This document shows positions 17,354-25,100 of a DNA stretch of 32,000 nucleotides, piece by piece. Source of the DNA: Chlamydiota bacterium. Its GTDB lineage: Bacteria; Auribacterota; JACPWU01. The position numbers and the translations under genes are program-made. Below the pieces are notes generated by a model, which had not been told where the DNA came from, searched no databases, and saw only the letters and a program-made list of their open reading frames with translations. Every line of letters begins with the position of its first letter. Position 1 is the first letter of the stretch. Location: assembly GCA_016196885.1 (NCBI GenBank), contig JACPWU010000042.1:9724-41723 (forward strand), read 5' to 3'.

Positions 17354-18423
17354 GAAAGCGGCTTTGAAATTAAAAGAACTCCAGAGGTATCTTTGACTAC
17401 GAAAATGAGGTCACGAAATTAAAAGAATTAGAAGCGGTGATGGCCCAGAAGAATTTCTGGGATCAGGGTGAAAAGTCTAAAAAAGTCATTGAAGATTTAA
17501 AGGTTCTTAAAGCTAAATTAGAACCTGTTACTCATCTTGAGAAAAAATTCCACGACTTAAAGGCGATGTTAGATCTGGTCAGAGGAGAAGATTCAACCGA
17601 GGCTCAGGAATTGCTGAAAGAATTGGGAAGCGAGCTTTCTTCATTTGAAACGGACTTGGGAGATATTGAAATTCACAATCTTTTGGCCGGCGAATACGAT
17701 AAAAATTCTGCGATTTTGACCATTCATTCCGGGGCGGGTGGGACGGAATCTTGCGATTGGGCGGACATGCTCCTTCGCATGTATCGCCGATGGATGGAGC
17801 GCCATCACTTTAAGGCAGAGGTGGCGGACATTTTACCGGGGGAAGAGGCGGGTGTTAAAAGCGTGACTTTGCTGGTGGAAGGGGATTACGCCTACGGTTA
17901 TATGAAGGCGGAAAAGGGCGTTCATCGTTTGGTGCGGATCTCTCCCTTTGATTCTAATAAGAGGCGCCACACCTCTTTTGCGTCGGTGGATGTGATTCCT
18001 GAAATCACAGACGATATCCCGGTGGATATTGACGAAAAAGATTTAAAGATTGATACGTTTCGCGCGAGTGGGGCGGGTGGGCAGCATGTGAATAAGACAG
18101 ATTCAGCGGTTCGCATCACGCATCTTCCCACCGGTATTGTGGTCTCCTGCCAGAACGAACGCTCTCAGTACAAAAATAAATCCATGGCCATGAAAATTCT
18201 TCGGGCCAGGGTTTACGATGTAAAGCGTAAAGAACAGGAAGAAAAAATGGCCAAAGTCTATGGCCAAAAGTCAGACATTGCCTGGGGAAGCCAGATCCGC
18301 TCTTATGTCTTTCAGCCCTACACCTTGGTGAAGGATCATCGTACTTCGGTTGAAACTTCCAATGGGGATGCGGTGATGGATGGGGATATTGATTTATTTA
18401 TTCAAGCGTATTTGAGGCAGTAG
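17325..18423 (+). CDS. prfB: Peptide chain release factor 2, made by a programmed +1 frameshift (join 17325..17393, 17395..18423).
   Basis: ATG 17325 (AAGGAG upstream) gives MISEIKERIEKAALKLKELQRYL, then in-frame TGA at 17394. The +1 frame continues DYENEVTKLKELEAVMAQKNFWDQ... and contains the RF2 motifs SPF (RISPFDS) and GGQ (SGAGGQHVNKT). Confidence 0.93.
17385..17397 (+). promoter_or_regulatory. prfB autoregulatory +1 frameshift site.
   Basis: AGG TAT CTT TGA C: internal SD-like AGAGG, 3-nt spacer, slippery CTT, UGA stop followed by C. Almost the same as the E. coli site (AGG GGG TAT CTT TGA C). Confidence 0.9.
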
Positions 18424-18425
18424 AG

Positions 18426-18701
18426 TTAAGCCGCTTTTTTATGATGAAGTGGAACATAATTTGGGAACATGAGAGTCCCGGGATGAATCCCGAGCGCTTC
18501 GGCAATTTGAGAAGCCCGTTTTCTGCCTAAAGGAACATGGTTATGCTCGAGCATGGATAGATTCTGAGCAGAAATTCCAGACCGTTTAGCTAATTCTTCT
18601 TGAGTCCATCCCTTGAGTTTCCGGAGCTCGAGAATCGTTTCTCCAGAGGTTAGTTCTATTCTGGTTTTTGCTGGAAAATACTCCTTTCCATCCCTCTTCA
18701 T
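18426..18701 (-). CDS. XRE-family helix-turn-helix antitoxin (HigA-like).
   Basis: Track ORF trimmed to the ATG at 18701: MKRDGKEYF...ILELRKLKGWTQEELAKRSGISAQNLSMLEHNH (HTH_3-type). Lies 14 nt downstream of the toxin gene. Confidence 0.75.
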   Translation of the reverse strand: MKRDGKEYFPAKTRIELTSGETILELRKLKGWTQEELAKRSGISAQNLSMLEHNHVPLGRKRASQIAEALGIHPGTLMFPNYVPLHHKKAA

Positions 18702-18715
18702 GTGATGGACTCCTC

Positions 18716-18988
18716 TTAATAATGGTGTGGCGTTATTTCTTCCACTCGAACCAATAAGGCATCCCACTCAACGGTGTAGATGACTCTGTATTTTAGACTT
18801 AATCTTGACGATCTTTCATGGGCCCTTTTACCCTTTAACTTCTCGTCGTAAAATCCTTTAAATTTACGAAGGGTGTGAGGACCATTCAATTGCACGATTG
18901 ATTTCCATAGTTCGTACTTTCTCTGTACCGCATCAGGAAGCTTCCAGAAAACTTTTTCGAAGTCTTTCAATTCGAAAATATCCCACAT
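18716..18988 (-). CDS. RelE/ParE-superfamily toxin (HigB-like gene order, toxin first).
   Basis: Track ORF trimmed to the ATG at 18988: MWDIFELKDFEKVFWKLPDAVQRK...LKGKRAHERSSRLSLKYRVIYTVEWDALLVRVEEITPHHY (typical L.G...ysiRi...yRviY.v....v.v..i..HhY C-terminus). The longer version runs towards the tRNA. Confidence 0.7.
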   Translation of the reverse strand: MWDIFELKDFEKVFWKLPDAVQRKYELWKSIVQLNGPHTLRKFKGFYDEKLKGKRAHERSSRLSLKYRVIYTVEWDALLVRVEEITPHHY

Positions 18989-19120
18989 CCCCTCAGGATA
19001 TCTTCTTATATATAAGAAGTCAACAGAAAAAAATTCGTTTGTAACGAGGGGCATGAGGTGATACATTCTAGCTTCTAACTTTTGAGATTCATGACCCACG
19101 ATTGATTGTCCACGGTTTTT

Positions 19121-19194
19121 CGGGCCGTAGCGTAGCCTGGTAGCGCACCTGAATGGGGTTCAGGGGGTCGGGAGTTCGATTCTCCCCGGCCCGA
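19121..19194 (+). tRNA. tRNA-Pro (anticodon GGG); CCA not encoded.
   Basis: Hand-folded cloverleaf: acceptor CGGGCCG/CGGCCCG, D arm GCGT-AGCCTGGTA-GCGC, anticodon arm CCTGA-AT GGG GT-TCAGG, variable loop GGGTC, T arm GGGAG-TTCGATT-CTCCC, discriminator A. Confidence 0.9.
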
Positions 19195-19271
19195 TGTTTT
19201 TCTTTGTTATGAAAGTGGATGATGGATCATGGATGATCGATGTTGGATTCCTTTCTCTCGTTCAAGTTTGT

Positions 19272-19434
19272 GTAGTCGCCCGATTCATCGGGCAGCCCCA
19301 TACTCAAGAGGCCATATTCCACCCTACAGGGGTGATTCTTCTGGTGATAGTTTCCAGCCTCTTTATCCTGAGTACTGTCAGAATTGTACGAATCAAACTT
19401 AATGAACTGACTTGTAAATGGGGCGACTACAAAA
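19272..19434. repeat. REP-like element family A, copy 4, split by an internal insertion of about 115 bp.
   Basis: Left half gtagtcgcccgattcatcgggcagccccat (19272-19301) and right half aaatggggcgactacaaaa (about 19416-19434) are separated by unrelated sequence. Next to it, cattgcacacgatgaccccc-aaaaa-gggtcattg (19458-19501) has an inverted relative at about 1272-1300. Confidence 0.7.
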
Positions 19435-19557
19435 TAAGGGAGGAGAGGTAGAGGTGGGCGAGGCTTTCATTGCACACGATGACCCCCAAAAAGGGTCATT
19501 GAAATTAATTGATTTAAAGTCTTGACTTTCATAAGATATGTATAGTATTTTAGTGGT

Positions 19558-19788
19558 ATGAAAATGAAGACATCTATCACACTCTCAGAAGATCTTTTGA
19601 AGTTGATTGATCATCTTACGGGCAAGTCCATGAATCGCTCTGAATTGATTGAGCTTGCCTTGCGGGAGTATCTTCTTCAGAGGGCTAAGAGAGTCAGGGA
19701 CTCAAAGGATTTAGAGCTGATCAATCGCCATGCGGATCGTTTGAATAAACAGGTTCAGGATACGCTTTCTTTTCAGATACCGATATGA
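19558..19788 (+). CDS. Ribbon-helix-helix (CopG/MazE-like) antitoxin.
   Basis: 76 aa. [39 protein letters not shown] = beta-strand/helix/helix RHH pattern. Its stop overlaps the toxin start (ATGA at 19785-19788). Confidence 0.7.
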   Translation: MKMKTSITLSEDLLKLIDHLTGKSMNRSELIELALREYLLQRAKRVRDSKDLELINRHADRLNKQVQDTLSFQIPI

Positions 19789-20120
19789 GAAGAGGTGATT
19801 TTTACAGAGTCCATAAAGCCTCATCCCGGGACCCCAAAGATTCTCGCGTTTTTATGGTTGTCAGCCGTCAAGTCCTTATTGATTCGAATTTTTCAACGGT
19901 TGTTTGTGCCCCTATCTATAGCTCTCACGATGGATTGTCCACTGAAGTAGAGGTCGGGATTGAAGAGGGACTGAAACATGCGAGCAGTATTCGCTGTGAC
20001 GAATTGATGAGTATTCCTAAGTCTGTCTTGACCCACTTTGTGGGTGCTTTGCTTCCGCAGCGAATCAAAGAGTTGGATAAGGCGCTTGGATTTGCGCTTG
20101 AATTAGATAACGCTTCATAG
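19785..20120 (+). CDS. MazF/PemK-family toxin (mRNA interferase-like).
   Basis: 111 aa. MRRGDFYRV......[28 protein letters not shown]...[29 protein letters not shown] fits the rGD.y.v...P.vvvS....n....v.v.P.ts......ev.....GL...S.v..d.i.ti pattern. Confidence 0.7.
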   Translation: MRRGDFYRVHKASSRDPKDSRVFMVVSRQVLIDSNFSTVVCAPIYSSHDGLSTEVEVGIEEGLKHASSIRCDELMSIPKSVLTHFVGALLPQRIKELDKALGFALELDNAS

Positions 20121-20130
20121 AAATACTAAA

Positions 20131-21999
20131 TCATTCTCTTCTGAGCGAAATGGGCGGACAATACAGTCCTTTCCTTTCCCTCGTCCACCAAGTTCCCTCT
20201 TTTCTCTTCGTTTCCAAGTCTGTGAAATGATAGTCATAAAGTTCGGCTCTCATGTAATGAGGAGGGGTGTCTGGGAAAGGATTTTTTGCGAGTAATTTTA
20301 ATACCTCGGGTGATCCTTCTAAAAGCCGGGCCATAAAATTTAAGAGCCAGCGGTTGCTGCGAACATTTCCAAGAGCGGCAAACCACATTTGCCAGTCGAG
20401 TCGCGGTTGATGAGGTGCAACAAATAGAGGCTTTTGAGAAAGATCTCCTGGTTTCCATTTAAATTCATAGGCTTGCCAATTTTCTCCATCGTCACTCCCC
20501 TCGATAATAATCTCGGGTCTCTCTTTGGTCATGACCGCAAAAAGGCCATAGGGGTTCACGATTTGAAAAGGGTCTATCCATTTGATGGGTTTTTGAACCC
20601 AGGATGGAAGAGAAAACTTTTTATCAAAAAGTTGAATGACTTGAATGCTTCCAATGGAGAAAATAATAAAGGCTAGAGGAAGGGTGATAAAGGAACGATA
20701 AAAATTTGACTTTCTTTTCTGAAGATAAAGTTGTTTTCTCAAAAATTTGGGGATAAAGGGCCTGATGCTTGCATCATCCAACAGGGAAAGGCATAACAGA
20801 AATGTCAGCAAATTGAAGAAACAATAATTTCCTGTTAGCGCGATAAGAATTTGCAAACTCGTCAGGAGAAAAAATCCGATGAGTCTTAATCGGCGAGGTA
20901 AAAAAATAAAAAAGGGGGCGATGAGTTCTACGCCAAACATCGTGGCGCATGAAATTTTCTGAAACCATAACGGTGCTTGGTGAAAATACCATCCAATCCA
21001 GGTGGGGAGAGGCTGTGTTTCATAATGAAATCGAAGAGCCGTAAGATCTTTCCAGCAGCTATCCCCACTTAAAAGTTTTACGCAACCCGATTCGAACATG
21101 AGCCGAAAGAGACACCATCGAATGAGCCAAAGAATCGTTTTCGGGGGAGGAGACTCTCGAGAGAGTCTAGGCAAAATTTGAAAAGGGGCAAAGAAAATCG
21201 CAAGAAATCCTGTTTCTAAAAGAAGAATGTCCCATTGAAAAGATAAGAATTGTTGGCCTAGAACAGTGAGAGATAGATAGAGGGCCCATGAAATAAATAC
21301 CATTAGCGCGGGAAAAATTCCTAAAATTAAAAGACCCGATGCTATGGCGCCTCCCCAGCAAAGAAATTTTAGAAAAACATCGCTTGTGTTAATCCATCCC
21401 AGTGTGGGAAGGAGATTATAGACTTTCCCTCCGAAATGTTCTTGGACTGCTTTTAGAAATAATTTTGCGGGCGAAATCCCATTTTCTCCAATGAGACCTA
21501 GTACTTGTATTCCTAAGGATACAAATGCGATGAAGTAAATGAGACCCAATCCTCGCAAAAAAATCCAACGCGTCAAAAAATAAGAGCTGGGTTCAAGATT
21601 TTCCCCCCAAAAAAAACGTGTGAAACTGGAAAAAAACGTTCGGTTGTTTGCGACCAGCTTATAGAATTTCTCACTGGCTTTTCGAAAGAGGGCAAATTTC
21701 TCATAAAGCTTGAGCCATTTTTTTCGACTTCCCGTCGCCAAAGACAGGGCTTTAAAAACAGCTTCTGGTCCCGAACAAACCTCGCCTGTTTTTTCGATCC
21801 AATGAACCGATTTTTCTAAAGCCTCTTGCGGAATTTCGGGGTAAAGCGTTTGCGCTTCTTGGAATGGAAGATAATCTACTTGATCTTCCGTGATGGCTTT
21901 CCAGCGTGCGATCCATTTTCGGCAAAAAGAACAGTTTCCATCAAATATGAATGTAGGTTTTTGGGGGAGATTTTGAATGTGTAAATTTGACTCTTTCAT
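20131..21999 (-). CDS. Fusion membrane protein: N-terminal DCC-family thiol-disulfide oxidoreductase (DUF393) + lipase maturation factor (LMF)-like multi-TM domain.
   Basis: Start set to the ATG at 21999 (GGAG 9 nt upstream; the track TTG at 22014 is possible). FIFDGNCSFCRKWIARWK (DCC motif). Many TM helices. FESGCVKLLSGDSCWKDLTALRFHYETQPLPTW resembles the conserved LMF core. Confidence 0.75.
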   Translation of the reverse strand: MKESNLHIQNLPQKPTFIFDGNCSFCRKWIARWKAITEDQVDYLPFQEAQTLYPEIPQEALEKSVHWIEKTGEVCSGPEAVFKALSLATGSRKKWLKLYEKFALFRKASEKFYKLVANNRTFFSSFTRFFWGENLEPSSYFLTRWIFLRGLGLIYFIAFVSLGIQVLGLIGENGISPAKLFLKAVQEHFGGKVYNLLPTLGWINTSDVFLKFLCWGGAIASGLLILGIFPALMVFISWALYLSLTVLGQQFLSFQWDILLLETGFLAIFFAPFQILPRLSRESPPPKTILWLIRWCLFRLMFESGCVKLLSGDSCWKDLTALRFHYETQPLPTWIGWYFHQAPLWFQKISCATMFGVELIAPFFIFLPRRLRLIGFFLLTSLQILIALTGNYCFFNLLTFLLCLSLLDDASIRPFIPKFLRKQLYLQKRKSNFYRSFITLPLAFIIFSIGSIQVIQLFDKKFSLPSWVQKPIKWIDPFQIVNPYGLFAVMTKERPEIIIEGSDDGENWQAYEFKWKPGDLSQKPLFVAPHQPRLDWQMWFAALGNVRSNRWLLNFMARLLEGSPEVLKLLAKNPFPDTPPHYMRAELYDYHFTDLETKRKEGTWWTRERKGLYCPPISLRRE

Positions 22000-22147
22000 G
22001 GGTTTTAGCTCCAATGAAATTAAATATCATAATCCATTATATCACAATGGGTTATGATCTTAGGCCTTTTTTGTCTGATAGCGTTTTGACGTTTAGGGGT
22101 GCGCTATTGTCTATTATAGGAAGATTCAAAATATCATAGGCAAAGGC

Positions 22148-25100
22148 ATGTTTTCTATCTATCATAAAATTATATCCATAAGATTTTGGGCTGCAGTCAT
22201 TTGCATCTCATTTTCCATTCAGAGTCTATTTTTGGATACGGGGTGGGCGCAGGAAAGAATGATGGATGTTGGAAGTTCGAAATTGGAGGGAAAAGCCGAG
22301 CGAACTGTTGTTCCATCTAACATCCAACCTCTATCCTCCAACGTCAATGTATCCACCAAACTTGGCGACATCCTTGAACGCCATCAAGGAAGCAGTGACA
22401 AACTCATCATCCACATCCAGGACGTGCACTGTCATTTTGAGGCGCAAAGTAACAGCGCCAAAATCATGAACGAGCTCATGAAAGAGCATGAAGCGCATGG
22501 GCTCAAAATGATCGGGCTTGAAGCCGCAGGGGGAGAGGTAGACACAAGCAAATTCACCGCCTTCCCAGATCCTGCAATCCGCAAAATGCTGGCCGAATAC
22601 CTCATGAAAGAAGGAAAAATCAGCGGCGCGGAATATTTATCGATCGTCAAAAACAAGCCCCTGCCACTTCAAGGGATAGAAAACATGAAAGAATACTTCA
22701 CGCATTTGGTTCAATTTGACAGAGGGCAAGAGCTTAAAAGTAAGGCAGAGCCTATTCTTCAAGGAATAGAGAAACGAATTGAAGGCTTAAAAGAGGAAAT
22801 CTACTCAAAAGAAGTGAAAGAGATTCTAAAAGAGAATGAAAGGTATGCGAGTGGGAAGATAGAACTTGGGGACTACGTAGAATATTTAATCTCGTGCTTC
22901 GCAAACCGTACATCGAACATCGAACATCGGACATCGAACCAAACAGAGTCCGAAGTACGAAGTCCGAAGTACGATGTACGAGTCACACATCCCAATATTG
23001 ATCTCATGCTCCAGATGAGTGAAATAGAAAAGAATTTAGATTTAAAAGCAGTCGAAGAAGAGCGAATCAAGGTGATAGAGGAATTAAGCAAGAGTCTTGT
23101 GAAAGAAGAAGTGATAGAGCTCATGACGAAGAGCTTATATTACCGCTTAGAAAAAATGGATGCGTGGGAATACTATGAATATTTAAAAAAGCTCATAGAG
23201 CGAAACACAGAGGGTCAAAGGTCAAGAGTCAAGGATCAGGAAAATAGGGACCAGAGTAACTCCCCTCTTAAGGTAAGAGGGGATGGGGGAGTTATGAAAG
23301 ACAAAGGAAGTTATATAAACCTCACACAATACATCCAAATGACCGAGCTCTACCACCAAATCGACAGCAACGTTCTCATGAAAGAATGCGAAGAATTAAG
23401 CCAAAGCGTCCTGGATCAAACGCTCAAGAGCCCAGAAGAAAAGGGGCTACACAAGATAGAAGAAGACTTTGCGCTCTTAAAGAACCTCATAGAGATAGAG
23501 CTCAAGAAAAGCCAATACAAAATATATTTAGAGAACAAAGAGAGGGTCACATTTAAGAGTATCGTGGAAAGGATCAATGAAATAGCGGTTCAAGAAAGTA
23601 AAGGAATTAACTCCCCTCGATCCCCTCTTAAAATAAGAGGGGAAGAGAAACAAGAGACGGAGGAGTACTCCCCTCTTAAAATGAGAGGGGCTGGGGGAGT
23701 TAATATTTTAGCCAAGACGCAAGACACCATCACCTATCTTGATCAACACCTCAAAGACACAGAAGCCTTTTACGAATATTCAGACACCCGAGAAAAGTCA
23801 CTGGTCGAGAACACGCTCACCAAGATGGAAGAAGAGAAGAGCCCGATTGCGATTCTCTACACAGGAGGTTTTCACACCGATGGCATGATGGAGCGACTAA
23901 AGAAGGAAGGGGCTTCTTATGTGGTGATAGCTCCCAGAATTACAGAATTCAAACTGAAGACCCCTTATTTATCTATTATTAAGAATGAGCCCAATGAACT
24001 AGAAAAAGCAATAAAGGGAATTCAAAAGAAAGAAGGATCAAATTTAGCTCCTTTAAAACATGGGGTAGATATAAACGCATTGAGGGGATTGATGGAGCGT
24101 CTCCCCCTCAATGATCCTCGTAAAGAGACCATTCAAAGAGTTATAGATGCAGATAAAACACTCGACCTCATGGCGATCTTCTTCGTAGAGCTTCTTTACG
24201 TGGCACAGTTGTGGGAAGCCCAAACCCCTGAAATTCATCTTCAGGAAATTTATGACTCAATGATGGAAAAATGGAAAGGACTTATAGGTGATGTTTTTGA
24301 AAAACAAATAGGAAAAAAAGTTATTTTTAATATTCAGGGAGCCAGTCGATCTAAGAATGGAGCGTTTTATATTCCCATCCGGATAGAAGGAGGGGAGGGG
24401 TTATATCTAAAACTGACTCAAGAAACAAAATTTGATGATGTGAAAGAATATCCAGAAAAATATTTGGTTACAGGACTACCTCACAGTGCTGCGAATGATT
24501 ATATTCAGAGGCATCTACCGGAAGATTTAAGAAAAAACAAAGACGAAATAAAAAACTATCCTCAACACAGTTATTTAAACCCTACTACGATAGGAAAAAC
24601 AGTGCAAGCCAGAGTGATTCCCATTCCAGGACTCTTTGAAGCGACGGGGCAATTGGGGCATATTGGACTAGGGCAGGTTTATGGAGAGCCTGTCATTTAT
24701 GTGGACGCTGATTATGATCCTCGGAAAGCAAAGACTGAGGGAGAGGATGCCGAGACAGTACTAAACCACGAAGCCTATGAAATTACAGGTTGGGAATCGA
24801 AGAGTATAGAGTTGGGTAAAACTCCATCTCAAATGAGAATGTGGATTCAAGATAGTAATCATTTTGAAGAAGCAAAGGCTTATGCAAAAAAACTTCACGA
24901 ATCTGCGCCGTCTGTAGATGAAATCATTAAAAAAAGAAGGGGGAGTCTGCAAGGCTGTATTGAACAGCACTTGGCAATGGCCCAAGAAATTTATGAGGAC
25001 GAGGAAGGGGATATTAATTTAGAGGCGGGAATGGATGAAAAAAATGGGGTCCTGTTCTTACAGGGGGAAGAGAGTGAAAGAGTTTTGCAAACAGAAGATC

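Noticed and set aside
2178-18131. Dozens of 60-190-aa ORFs antisense to or overlapping atpA/B/D/I, secA, lnt and prfB (for example 4479..5060 +, 12571..13035 -, 13366..13803 -, 13948..14367 -, 15163..15501 -).
   Set aside because: They lie entirely inside strongly supported genes on the other strand or frame. Their composition is atypical (R/S/L/C-rich) and they contain no recognisable motifs. They are shadow ORFs.
1926-19099. Long N-terminal extensions in track ORFs: 1926..2627, 6408..7547, 12478..15624, 18426..18767 and 18716..19099.
   Set aside because: The extensions read through palindromic repeats or lack Shine-Dalgarno sequences. Internal ATG starts with good SD and typical family N-termini exist at 2564, 7478, 12556, 18701 and 18988.
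1326-19434. The recurrent GTAGTCGCCC...GGGCGACTAC units might be CRISPR repeats.
   Set aside because: The copies are kilobases apart, each is an inverted-repeat unit in a different intergenic region, and there are no regularly spaced unique spacers. They are dispersed REP/MITE-like elements, not an array.
19194-19451. Plus-strand ORF of 85 aa directly after tRNA-Pro.
   Set aside because: It starts inside the tRNA 3' end and is composed largely of the split family-A REP element. The sequence is hydrophobic nonsense.
12425-22147. Candidate sigma70-type promoters: TTGACT at 12435 upstream of secA, TTGACT at 19522 upstream of the RHH/MazF pair, and TTGACG at 22086 upstream of the giant ORF.
   Set aside because: In each case the best -10-like hexamer sits at a non-optimal spacing (13-15 or 18-20 nt), or is weak. 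The promoter consensus of this lineage is unknown, so the evidence is not strong enough to annotate.
22400-22450. IIHIQDVHCH could be motif I (DxH) of a calcineurin-like metallophosphoesterase.
   Set aside because: I could not find the following GDxxD, GNH(D/E) or GHxH motifs at the expected spacing. The ..GLE.. and distal GGFHxxG signatures fit the TIKI/TraB/ChaN-type pattern better. This remains unverified.
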